A stretch of DNA of 64,000 bases, taken from the NCBI GenBank assembly GCA_013151865.1, contig JAADHN010000166.1, positions 2,792 to 66,791 of the forward strand, given 5' to 3'. The DNA is from Kiritimatiellota bacterium. Its GTDB lineage: Bacteria; Verrucomicrobiota; Lentisphaeria; Oligosphaerales; JAADHN01. The notes under the pieces were generated by a model, which made no database searches, was not told where the DNA came from, and worked only from the letters and a program-made list of their open reading frames with translations. Shown here one piece after another: positions 7,447-15,916 of this stretch (positions within the stretch are counted from its first letter, which is position 1; each line of letters begins with the position of its first letter). A program made the translations under genes and the position numbers.

Positions 7447-8469
7447 ATGAAGCTTTTCGATCGAGCTGAAGAGATCCGGTGCGGCGTGGTCGGGTACGGG
7501 GCGTCTTTCCACATGGGCCGGCATCACCTCAACGCCATGGCGGCCGCCGGGATGAAGCCGGTGGCCGTGGCGGACATCGATCCCGCTCGCCTGCCCGCGG
7601 CGGAAGCGGAATTCCCGGGAATCAAGACCTACCCGTCGACAACGGCGATGCTCGCCGACTGCGACCTGGATCTGGTCGGCGTGATCACGCCTCACAACGC
7701 GCACGCCTGCGTGGCCCTGGAATGCCTCGAAGCCGGGAAACATGTGGTAACCGAGAAGCCCTTCGCTATCACCACCGAAGAATGTGACGCCATGATCGCC
7801 GCCGCGAAAACCCACGATGCAATGCTCTCGGTGCATCACAACCGCCACTGGGACGGCTGCATCCTGAAGGCCCTCGAGAACATCCGCTCGGGCATGATCG
7901 GAGAGATCGTCCGCATCGAGGCGCACATGGGCAGCTACCGCCCGCCTCGGGACTGGTGGCGAGCCAGCAAAAGCATCTCGGGCGGTATCAATTACGATTG
8001 GGGCGCACACTTTCTCGAGTACGCCCTGCAGTTGATCGACAGCGATACTGTGGAGGTTGCGGGTTTCGCACGCAAGGGGTATTGGGCGCCCCGAAGTCCG
8101 TGGGGCGACGATGCGATCGAGGACGAAGCCTTCACCGTGGTCCGTTTCGCCAACGGCGTCCCCCTCACCTTGCTGGTCACCCAGCTCGAGAGCAATCCTC
8201 GAGACGGCTGGTTCGACATTACGGGCACACAAGGCAGTTACCGGTTTGACCACCAGCGCTGGCAAGCCATGATCCACGAGGACGGCGGCACGGTCTACCG
8301 GGAAGGACCGAGCCCGGCGTCCGAATCCTGGCGCTTCTACCGGAACATCGCGGCACATCTGACCCGGGGCGAACCGCTGATCATCACCGCGGAATGGGCG
8401 CGCCGCACCATTCGCATTCTGGATCTCGCCGACCAAAGCGCGAACAACGGCCGCGCCCTCCCCGCTTGA
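7447..8469 (+). CDS. Gfo/Idh/MocA family oxidoreductase
   Basis: Start chosen at MKLFDRAEEIRCGVVGYGASFHMGRHHLN, a Rossmann GxGxxxxxxH pattern typical of the family. Also VVTEKPFAITTEECDAMIAAA (EKP motif). The longer track ORF from 7294 adds an Arg-rich leader that looks non-coding. Confidence 0.85.
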   Translation: MKLFDRAEEIRCGVVGYGASFHMGRHHLNAMAAAGMKPVAVADIDPARLPAAEAEFPGIKTYPSTTAMLADCDLDLVGVITPHNAHACVALECLEAGKHVVTEKPFAITTEECDAMIAAAKTHDAMLSVHHNRHWDGCILKALENIRSGMIGEIVRIEAHMGSYRPPRDWWRASKSISGGINYDWGAHFLEYALQLIDSDTVEVAGFARKGYWAPRSPWGDDAIEDEAFTVVRFANGVPLTLLVTQLESNPRDGWFDITGTQGSYRFDHQRWQAMIHEDGGTVYREGPSPASESWRFYRNIAAHLTRGEPLIITAEWARRTIRILDLADQSANNGRALPA

Positions 8470-8496
8470 CCGACCGCCCGACGGGGGGAAGGCGGC

Positions 8497-11400
8497 TCAT
8501 GGCTTCCTTCGCAGCCGAATCGTCCGCACGCGAATCCGCGGCCCCGGTTTGTTGCCCGGCGGATCGATTCGCAGTACCGTAATCGTGCGACCGCGCCACT
8601 GGGGATGCGTCCCAACAGGGATGACGACCCGATGAAAGCGGCCGTCGCTCGGACACTCGGCAGCCATCATGCGTTCCGGCGCGAACCCAGCCGCTTCGGC
8701 CGTGCCCCAGTACACGGCCAGGCCACCCGATCCGTGCGGGTCGGTAACCGCCATGTCGATCTCGATCCGATCACCGGCGCGACCGGGAGTGTTTAGCGCA
8801 CTGCTCACCATATACGGATCCCCGCCCGTAACCGCGGTGGTCAAAACGCCTGAAGACGTTCTCAGTGGAGTCAGGTCGTGCGCGGCGAACCAGCCTTGGA
8901 CGCCTTTGCGGAAATCGAAATCGATCGCGCCCCGAATCCGCGCCGCCCACCGCACCGGGGACACTCGCACCCCCTCGACCGCGATGCGCAGGGGGCCGGA
9001 CGCCTCCGGACGTATCTCGAGCATCCGCTCCGGCTCGATCCAGCGCCAGCCGGGCGTGGCGACCTCCGCCTCTTTCAGTTCCGACAGCACTTTGCCGTTT
9101 ATCAAGACCCGCTGGGGCCGCTCCATGCTGTAGACCACCACCGCACCACGCTGCGGCCGCCCAAACACCGTGTCGATGCGAAGCCGGTCGCCGATCCATT
9201 GCGTTTCCGTGACGGCGGCGGTCGTACGCACGACCAGTCGCTGCGTCCCCCGCGTCAGCAGCCAATTCGCGGCGGCACGGCGAATCCCTATCCCCCGCAA
9301 TGTTTGGTCGAGGATGGTCGTGGGCCGGAAACAAGGCGGGGTCTGTCCGTGCGGGCCTCGTCGGTCTGGAATGAAGTTCATGGCGTCCGGCCATTGTCCG
9401 AAACGTTCCCCGTCGGTCGCCTGCTGGTACATGGCGCTGCGCAGGATGTTGTCGGCCACTTTGGCCCACGGAAAACTGCGGTCATACACCGCAAGATCGT
9501 ACAACGCCGAAGAATAGGCCAATCCGTTCCACTGCACGGCCACGGCGAACCAGCTCAGAACATAGGCCGTGGCCCCGAAAACCGGAATGGTCGCGCCCTG
9601 CATGGCGGGGAGTTCCGACGCGTGCCAGACATAGACGAAAGGGAGACCGGTCCGCGCCCAGTATACGGCCCGGTCGAGATAGACTCGATTGCCGGTGAGA
9701 CGATAACCGGCCAAGTACGCCCGGACCGCTTTCGCGCTCGCCAGAATGTCCGGGGTATGCACCGGCACCTCCCAGACCTGGGCGGCTCGAGGGACCCGAA
9801 ACCGGGACATGCCTTCGAGGGCTTTCAGGCCCGCGGCTCGCAAATCGGAATCGCCGCTCAATAGTGCGGCTTCGAGAACAACCCCTGCGTTCGCGGCCGT
9901 CAGGCCGACCTCCCGGGCGCCGGCCGGGCCGAGTTTCGAGTAGTCGACTCCGTTCTCGGGCCATTCGTCCGCGGCTTTTTTTCCGGAGAACACCCAATTC
10001 CCGTCCGGCTTCTGGGCGGCGACAAGACCTTGGGCGGTGCGAACTTGGGCCCGAATATAATCCGGATCTGCCCGGTATTCCGGTGCCGACGGACGGTTGC
10101 CCCCGCCGGCGCCCAACACCTCCGCAGCCAACGCACGCGCCCATTTCGCCACAGGCCCTTTCCCCAGGACTTCCGCCCCCAACAGCAGTTCATAGGCAGG
10201 CTCGACCGTGGGCCGAAAGCCCACGATGATGTCGCTGTACCACTTGCCCCACTTCGGGTTCCAAAGCGCCTTGTCCTTGGCATACGCCCGGAGACTGAAG
10301 GCGATCTCCGCCTTGGCGCCGCCCCGCGGGAACGGCAGCGGGTCCGGCACGCCGTACAAGGCGAACCAGCGATCCAGGACCGTCAGAGCGTCCGTCGCGC
10401 CGGACGCCGCGACCAGGCGGGCTTCGATCACCAGCGCCTGTCCGGCTCTCAACTCGAGGGGCGTCTTCGCCGTCCGCCGATTCTCCCCCAACCCACGGGC
10501 TACGCCGGGCAGCATCAATCCCATCAAGTGTGACGAAAACCCTTCGAATCGGTCCGGACTGGCAAAGACCAGGCTCACTGCCCCGGCGGCTTTTGCCGAC
10601 GCCTGTCGCGGCGGTGGGGCCCACAGAAGCCCAACGGCAATGTCGCCGAAACGTACGCCTGCGGCCGGTACGGTAATCTTCCTGGGATGCGGCACATACC
10701 GCAGCCGGTCCGGGTGGTCCGGCTTGATGTCCAGGGCATTCGAAGACACCTCGCCCCGAACCAGCCACTCCAATCCCGGCAGAATCGCATCGTCGCGCTC
10801 CCCGAGTCCCTCCCCGGCCAGCAACATCGGCCCCTCGAACGCGGAAACAAGCGCGGCACTTCCCGGGACAACCGAGAACCGGCAGAAAAGCACGTCGCTC
10901 TCCGACCCGACGCGGAATTGGCAAGAGGTGCGCCACTCTACGCCGTCCACCCGTGTCGTGCCGGTCAACGTCAGCACGGCCTGCCCCGACGCAGTCCTGT
11001 CCGTCGTCGCCTGCGTCCAAACCAGCGCCGCCTCGGCGTGCGGAGTCCGCAACAAACCCAGGTGAGGAAGCAAAGCGACCGTACGCCACTTCCCGGCACG
11101 GCGCGCCTGAAAGAACCCCGCCCGGACGCCGTCCGCCACGGCGAACACGGCAAGACGGACTTTGGACGACCCGACCAACAACCACCCGTCGGTCTCCCGT
11201 GCAAAGGCGCCGGCCGACCGTATTCCCCCCGGAGGAGTTCCAGGGGCGGCCGCCAGAAGCCGGGTTTCCACGCTCGATGTCCCCGAAATTCCCTCGGACG
11301 TGGCCGTCAAGCGAATCAGGGGCGACGCCTTGGACGCCGTAATCCGCCAGGCGGCAACCGCAGCCGTCCGGCCGGGAAGCAGCGGCACGGCCAAAGGAGC

Positions 11401-12444
11401 CCGCTCGACCAAGACTCCGGTCGGAGCACGCAGCGAACTCGATACCGACCTGATCACCACATGTCCGGTGTTCCGGGCCGTCAGTTCGACCCGTACCGCT
11501 TCACCCGGCAGGACCATCGGAGTCGGGCAGCGCAACGCGGTCAGTTCCAGCGACGGTTCGAGCCGCAGCGCGGCACTTGCGCGCCGGCGACCGGCTTCCA
11601 ACGTGACCCGCAGTTCGTAGGTCGACCCGACACGCGCCCCGAGGATACGCCAATCGAGCGTCACTGTTTCGCCGGGAGAAAGCCGAGGAGTGTCGCGCAC
11701 CGGCCGCCGGCAGTCGAGATCTTTCGGCAACCGGAGCCGGACCGTTCCCCGCGGGAGCGGTTTGCTGCCGAGGTTGGTCACGACGACTTCCAGCTTGCCG
11801 TCCGTCCCTTCTTTCCCGACGGTCTCAGAGAATGTCAATTCGCGAAACTGAGGCACGCCGTCGACTTCGGGGACCCACTCGAACGCATCGAGCCACAACT
11901 CCCCGGGCCCGGTCAGCCGCGCGCCGACGTGCACCCACTTGACTTCCGGCAATGCCGAGAAGTCGTAGGCCAACTCCCCAAGATGCCACCGGCCGTCACC
12001 GACATCATCGGCCGGCACGCGCCAGACCACACGGTGCCCGCCGAACTCGAGAGGCTTGTCCGTCATGGGGATGACCTGAACCGTGAGCGTCCCGGGCACG
12101 GCCTGCCTCACCGCCCGGTACCGAAAACGAATCGCCCCTTTGCGTTCCGCCAGCATTCCGCCCTGCTTCCCGGAAGTGGGCGACCAAGCACGATTCAACC
12201 CGGTTTCACCCGCGGCCGACGCCGAACGAACCAAATGAAGAGCACGTTTGCCCTCGAATGCCCGGGGCCCGGTCTCGACGCGCGCGCCCCCGAGCAACTC
12301 CCAGCCCGGGGCGCCGCCCGCCGGACCGACAACTTCGAAGCCGCCATTGGTGATGGGGCCCGCACCGGCGCCATTCAAGCCCGAGATGGCGCCCAGCCCC
12401 CATGCCCACAACAGCAGACCGGATTGAATGCGTGAAAACCTCAT
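8497..12444 (-). CDS. very large secreted hypothetical protein (CBM-like N- and C-terminal modules, central alpha/alpha-repeat-like region; possibly glycan-active)
   Basis: 1341-codon ORF. Start preferred at M27 (MRFSRIQSGLLLWAWGLGAISGLNGAGA, signal-peptide-like). ITNGGFEVVG..PGWELLGGARVE resembles CBM4/9-type openings. No catalytic family recognised. Confidence 0.7.
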   Translation of the reverse strand: MRFSRIQSGLLLWAWGLGAISGLNGAGAGPITNGGFEVVGPAGGAPGWELLGGARVETGPRAFEGKRALHLVRSASAAGETGLNRAWSPTSGKQGGMLAERKGAIRFRYRAVRQAVPGTLTVQVIPMTDKPLEFGGHRVVWRVPADDVGDGRWHLGELAYDFSALPEVKWVHVGARLTGPGELWLDAFEWVPEVDGVPQFRELTFSETVGKEGTDGKLEVVVTNLGSKPLPRGTVRLRLPKDLDCRRPVRDTPRLSPGETVTLDWRILGARVGSTYELRVTLEAGRRRASAALRLEPSLELTALRCPTPMVLPGEAVRVELTARNTGHVVIRSVSSSLRAPTGVLVERAPLAVPLLPGRTAAVAAWRITASKASPLIRLTATSEGISGTSSVETRLLAAAPGTPPGGIRSAGAFARETDGWLLVGSSKVRLAVFAVADGVRAGFFQARRAGKWRTVALLPHLGLLRTPHAEAALVWTQATTDRTASGQAVLTLTGTTRVDGVEWRTSCQFRVGSESDVLFCRFSVVPGSAALVSAFEGPMLLAGEGLGERDDAILPGLEWLVRGEVSSNALDIKPDHPDRLRYVPHPRKITVPAAGVRFGDIAVGLLWAPPPRQASAKAAGAVSLVFASPDRFEGFSSHLMGLMLPGVARGLGENRRTAKTPLELRAGQALVIEARLVAASGATDALTVLDRWFALYGVPDPLPFPRGGAKAEIAFSLRAYAKDKALWNPKWGKWYSDIIVGFRPTVEPAYELLLGAEVLGKGPVAKWARALAAEVLGAGGGNRPSAPEYRADPDYIRAQVRTAQGLVAAQKPDGNWVFSGKKAADEWPENGVDYSKLGPAGAREVGLTAANAGVVLEAALLSGDSDLRAAGLKALEGMSRFRVPRAAQVWEVPVHTPDILASAKAVRAYLAGYRLTGNRVYLDRAVYWARTGLPFVYVWHASELPAMQGATIPVFGATAYVLSWFAVAVQWNGLAYSSALYDLAVYDRSFPWAKVADNILRSAMYQQATDGERFGQWPDAMNFIPDRRGPHGQTPPCFRPTTILDQTLRGIGIRRAAANWLLTRGTQRLVVRTTAAVTETQWIGDRLRIDTVFGRPQRGAVVVYSMERPQRVLINGKVLSELKEAEVATPGWRWIEPERMLEIRPEASGPLRIAVEGVRVSPVRWAARIRGAIDFDFRKGVQGWFAAHDLTPLRTSSGVLTTAVTGGDPYMVSSALNTPGRAGDRIEIDMAVTDPHGSGGLAVYWGTAEAAGFAPERMMAAECPSDGRFHRVVIPVGTHPQWRGRTITVLRIDPPGNKPGPRIRVRTIRLRRKP

Positions 12445-12718
12445 ATGCAGTCCTTTCTTTTCTGCCCACCCAACGGCCGAGGAAGACATCTGCAGGAACC
12501 GGCCCCAGCGGCCCATCGGCAACAGGGAAACATACCCCGGAAGAACCAGCGGTCGCTCGTCCTTCTTTAGCCTGACCTATTCACCCGTCGCCCGGAGGGT
12601 GAAGCGCATTGCCGTTCGTCCGACGCAAACGCTGGGAATCGAGTTTAGTCGCAGCATCGTCCGCAACCGTTTTCCGTCCGGTGTGGATCGACACAATATG
12701 GTCAACTCCATGAATCGT

Positions 12719-12898
12719 TCAGATTAGTGCGCCGTCGAGCAAACAAATGTACTGCACATTGTCGGGTGTGCAGGCCCCAAGGTCTCGCATGACCTTCCAA
12801 ACCGTGCCTCGAGTGTTGATGACGGCGTCTCCACCGCACGATTCGAGCAGCGCCTTCCCGGTTTCCCGGAGGGCCGCCCCATTCTCGAGCCCGGCCAC
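12719..12898 (-). other. 59-codon ORF just below the track cutoff; possible small protein or C-terminal remnant of a decayed gene
   Basis: Hand translation from GTG (revcomp of 12896-12898) to TGA (12721-12719): VAGLENGAALRETGKALLESCGGDAVINTRGTVWKVMRDLGACTPDNVQYICLLDGALI. Third codon positions are mostly G/C, as in real genes here. The frame stays open upstream but becomes Gly/Arg-rich with no start codon. Confidence 0.25.
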
Positions 12899-12926
12899 AA
12901 AGGGGGCGTGAGCCGCGGGAGTTGTC

Positions 12927-12949
12927 GCTCTCCCGCCAAGCGGGATCGG
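12927..12949. repeat. REP-like GC-rich hairpin repeat, copy 2 (GCTCTCCCGCCAAGCGGGATCGG)
   Basis: Same core as 6977-7004. Stem CCCGC/GCGGG around the CAA loop. Confidence 0.45.
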
Positions 12950-13030
12950 CTGGGAGCGCAGGGCGGCAGAGCGACCCCCCGAGCGGCCCTGTGCAGCGGG
13001 GACTGCGGAATCTGCCCGAGGCGGACGTGC

Positions 13031-13051
13031 CTGTCCCGCTCAGCGGGAACG
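13031..13051. repeat. REP-like GC-rich hairpin repeat, copy 3 (CTGTCCCGCTCAGCGGGAACG)
   Basis: Palindrome TCCCGCT-C-AGCGGGA. Same CCCGCTCAGCGG core as copy 1. Confidence 0.45.
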
Positions 13052-13476
13052 AAATCTCACCCAAAACCGCATTCGCGCACGGCCACGCACCCTTTGCGGC
13101 AGGGCCCATTCTCGTTTCCCGTCCGCGGGGTTGAATTCCAGGTGAAACGGCAACATGGTACCGCATGTGAGGATGCCGAGAAGCCGTAACCGGCACGGAT
13201 CAGATCGAGGGTGTCCGGGGGAACCTGCGAGGAGCGCGAGTCCGCCTGCACTCCGGAACGTTTCGGGAGGATCGGCAAACGGCGCGCCCCCGAACCGCTG
13301 GGGAAGGAAAGTCCGCCGAGATGCGCGGCCGTACGCAGCAAAGGGCGAAAAGTGTACCGGAACCCGGCTCGCCTGTTCGCGAGCGTGCCCGACGATTGCC
13401 GGGACCCGGGCGCGGGTGACATCTGGAACGGCACACCCGAGGGTCGCCCGGGCTGCATGGAAAGGGGCAGAAAAAA

Positions 13477-13815
13477 ATGGCATATCTCGTTTTCTACATC
13501 GGACGCGAGCGCAAGGAACTCAAACTGGAACAGCGGGATACCACAGTCGGCCGCTCACGCAGGTGCAGCGTATCGCTCGAAGACGACATCGAAGTGAGTC
13601 GGCTTCATTGCACGATCCAACGGCAAGAAGACGGCTCGTATCTCCTCATCGATGAAGAGTCCCGCAACGGCACCTACCTGAATACCAAGCGAATCACCAG
13701 TGCCGAAGAACGCACGTTGAAGGACGGGGACGAGATTCTGGTGGGGACAACCCGGTTCCGCTTCTACCAGGATGACGAGAAACCGCCCAAGGTCCTCTCC
13801 AAGAAAAAATTGTAG
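13477..13815 (+). CDS. FHA domain-containing protein
   Basis: VGRSRRCSVSLEDDIEVSRLHCTIQRQEDGSYLLIDEESRNGTYLNTKRI..LKDGDEILVGTTRFRF matches the FHA pattern (G-R ... S-x-x-H ... S-x-N-G-T). Confidence 0.85.
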   Translation: MAYLVFYIGRERKELKLEQRDTTVGRSRRCSVSLEDDIEVSRLHCTIQRQEDGSYLLIDEESRNGTYLNTKRITSAEERTLKDGDEILVGTTRFRFYQDDEKPPKVLSKKKL

Positions 13816-13885
13816 CCACCAACCGGACCGGTGCCGGGACCGGCTGCCACACGACCGAATATGCTTCCGCTCCGTTTGGGCTCGG

Positions 13886-14374
13886 ATGGTCAGGACTTGG
13901 GCCGGAATGTTTTTTTATCTCTTTCTTCTGTTCGTCTTGTTGCCCTGGCTCGAGCTGTATCTGCTGTTCCGTGTCCACGAACTCGTTGGCTGGGGCCAAA
14001 CCTTGGCACTCGTGCTGCTGACCGGAGTTGTGGGGGCGGCGCTGGCCAAGTGGCAGGGCCTGGACGCGCTGCGCCGAATTCAGACGGCAATGCGCGAAGG
14101 ACGCGTCCCGGCCGGCGAATTGCTCGATGGGTTTCTCATATTCGCCGCCGGACTGCTGTTGATCACTCCGGGCCTGTTGACGGACTCGGCGGGCTTCCTG
14201 CTCCTGGTTCCGCCGGCGCGACGCGTCATCCGGCGCTGGATCGTGCAGTGGGCGCGCCGGCACATCCAAGTGTCTACAGAGGCAAATGGCGGCCGCGGTC
14301 CGTTCGGTCCCGGACCGCCGGACCCGGACGTGATCGATGTTTCCGCCACTCCGTTGGATGACGACGGCGAATGA
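13886..14374 (+). CDS. fxsA: FxsA family membrane protein
   Basis: LLPWLELYLLFRVHELVGWGQTLALVLLTGVVGAALAKWQG...LDGFLIFAAGLLLITPGLLTDSAGFLLLVPPARR is the characteristic FxsA/UPF0716 core. Start at ATG 13886 (MVRTWAGMFFYLF); ATG 13907 is an alternative. Confidence 0.8.
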   Translation: MVRTWAGMFFYLFLLFVLLPWLELYLLFRVHELVGWGQTLALVLLTGVVGAALAKWQGLDALRRIQTAMREGRVPAGELLDGFLIFAAGLLLITPGLLTDSAGFLLLVPPARRVIRRWIVQWARRHIQVSTEANGGRGPFGPGPPDPDVIDVSATPLDDDGE

Positions 14375-14476
14375 GGAGACGGGGCCGGGCGAGCCGCGGG
14401 GAATTGCTTCCGGCGTGCCGGCGATGCAACCTGTTCCGGCCCGGGGCCGCCCTCCCCGGGAATCGAGGAATGAACC

Positions 14477-14905
14477 ATGAAATGCCCCACATGTCAGGCG
14501 GAAATGATCGTTGTCGAACACGCGGATATCGAACTCGACTACTGCGTCGAGTGCGAAGGCATCTGGTTCGATTCAAGCGAGCTGGAACTTCTGTTCCAGA
14601 CTTTCGATCTCGATGAGGAAGCCGACCTGGACCGCTTGACGCGCCCGGCCGAAGCCGGCGTTGCGGAGTCCGCGCGCCGTTGTCCACTGTGCCCGCGCAA
14701 GATGGAAAAAGTGCGGATGGGGACCGACCCCGGGATCTTGATCGACCGCTGCCCGAACGGCGACGGCCTCTGGTTCGACGGCGGCGAACTCGGCCGAGTC
14801 ATTCAACTCGTGCTGGATTCTCCCGGTTCGGAGGGTAAAGTGGTCTCGTTTCTCGGGGAGACTTTCCGCGGACCGCCCCCCGAATCCGATGTGGAAACCG
14901 GCTGA
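14477..14905 (+). CDS. zinc-ribbon (zf-TFIIB-type) domain protein, two repeats
   Basis: Two copies of CPxC...C(x)EC/CPNG..GxWFDxxEL: MKCPTCQAEMIVV..DYCVECEGIWFDSSELELL and RRCPLCPRKMEKV..IDRCPNGDGLWFDGGELGRV. Confidence 0.7.
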   Translation: MKCPTCQAEMIVVEHADIELDYCVECEGIWFDSSELELLFQTFDLDEEADLDRLTRPAEAGVAESARRCPLCPRKMEKVRMGTDPGILIDRCPNGDGLWFDGGELGRVIQLVLDSPGSEGKVVSFLGETFRGPPPESDVETG

Positions 14906-15160
14906 GTACCGGTCCAGTCGCCCATGGGAACATCGGCGGCTGTACACGGCAGCTTCAGCGCGTGGCCGGTGAACTCCCCTCCCAAAGGGGTCCCTCGGGA
15001 CCGCGCGGAAGTCAGTACCGACTGGGCGAAGGCGAAGTGCCGTCAGTGGGCGGACGACGTTTCCGCAGCAACGGCGCCCGCAACACCGGACAAAGACAAA
15101 GAGTCTCGCCTGCGACTGCCGCAAGCAGGTGGTTCGATCGACCAACGAGGAGAGCAGCCC

Positions 15161-15727
15161 ATGATTGGCGGAATCGGTTTGCTGGTTGTCGTGGTGGTCC
15201 TGGGCCTGCTGTTCGTGGGCGTGTACAACGGCTTGGTCCGGCTCCGAAACGCCGTCAAGAACGCTTGGTCCCAGATCGACGTGCAACTGAAACGGCGGCA
15301 CGACCTGATCCCGAACTTGGTGGAAACAGCCAAAGGATACATGAAGCACGAGCGGGAAACGCTCGAGGCAGTGACCCAGGCCAGAAACCTGGCTTCCCAA
15401 GCGCGAGAGAAAGGAGATGTCGCCGGAACGGCCGCCGCCGAAGGGCAGCTCGCCGGGGCACTGTCCCGGCTGCTCATGGTGGCCGAGAGTTACCCGGACC
15501 TCAAGGCGAACCAGAACTTTCTGGCACTCCAGGAGGAACTGACTTCCACCGAAAACAAAGTGGCCTATGCCCGGCAATTCTACAATGACAGCGTCATGCT
15601 GTTGAACAACAAGATTCAGATGTTCCCCTCGAACATCGTCGCAGGCATGTTCGGATTCAAGCCGGCGGATTTCTTCGAGATCGAGAAGGCCGAGGAACGA
15701 GAAGCGCCCAAAGTGAGTTTCTCGTGA
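15161..15727 (+). CDS. lemA: LemA family protein
   Basis: ATG 15161 is preceded by GAGGAGAG. A TM helix is followed by YNGLVRLRNAVKNAWSQIDVQLKRRHDLIPNLVETAKGYMKHERETLEAVTQARN...YPDLKANQNF..LQEELTSTENKVAYARQFYND, the canonical LemA sequence. Confidence 0.9.
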   Translation: MIGGIGLLVVVVVLGLLFVGVYNGLVRLRNAVKNAWSQIDVQLKRRHDLIPNLVETAKGYMKHERETLEAVTQARNLASQAREKGDVAGTAAAEGQLAGALSRLLMVAESYPDLKANQNFLALQEELTSTENKVAYARQFYNDSVMLLNNKIQMFPSNIVAGMFGFKPADFFEIEKAEEREAPKVSFS

Positions 15728-15838
15728 ATCGACGCCCCGCTACGGCTCGAAGACTCATGCAAAAGGGCCGACCAACACGGACAGATGCCGAGCCCGAACC
15801 CGGCGCACGGGAACCCGCAGCCATCCGATTCCATCGAT

Positions 15839-15872
15839 TTCTGCGTCCGCCCGCGTCCATCTCCGCGGTTCC
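15839..15872 (+). repeat. phased-decamer intergenic motif, divergent copy C (TTCTGCGTCCGCCCGCGTCCATCTCCGCGGTTCC)
   Basis: Aligns to 7079-7107 at 21/29 positions with a 2-nt insertion before the shared CCGCGGT end. Lies in the convergent gap between lemA and the aldolase/SDR gene. Confidence 0.4.
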
Positions 15873-15916
15873 ATTCCCATCCGGCCCGCCCCCACAAATG
15901 CCGACAGCACTCACCC

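Noticed and set aside
13127-13175. Cobalamin riboswitch-like strings (GAATTCCAGGTGAAA.., ACCGCATGTGAGG, later GGGAAGG)
   Set aside because: The conserved GGUGxGAAUCC order is not met and there is no convincing B12 box (AGCCAGGAGACCUGCC). The downstream genes (FHA, fxsA) have no link to cobalamin.
13302-13370. RNase P RNA (GGAAGGAAAGTCCGCC resembling GAGGAAAGUCCGGGC, and GGAACCCGGCTC resembling ACAGAACCCGGCUUA)
   Set aside because: The two P4-like strands are only ~40 nt apart instead of ~280 and are not mutually complementary. The GGUGAAAGGGUGCGGUAAGAGC-type block is absent. A normal-length RNA would run into the FHA coding sequence.
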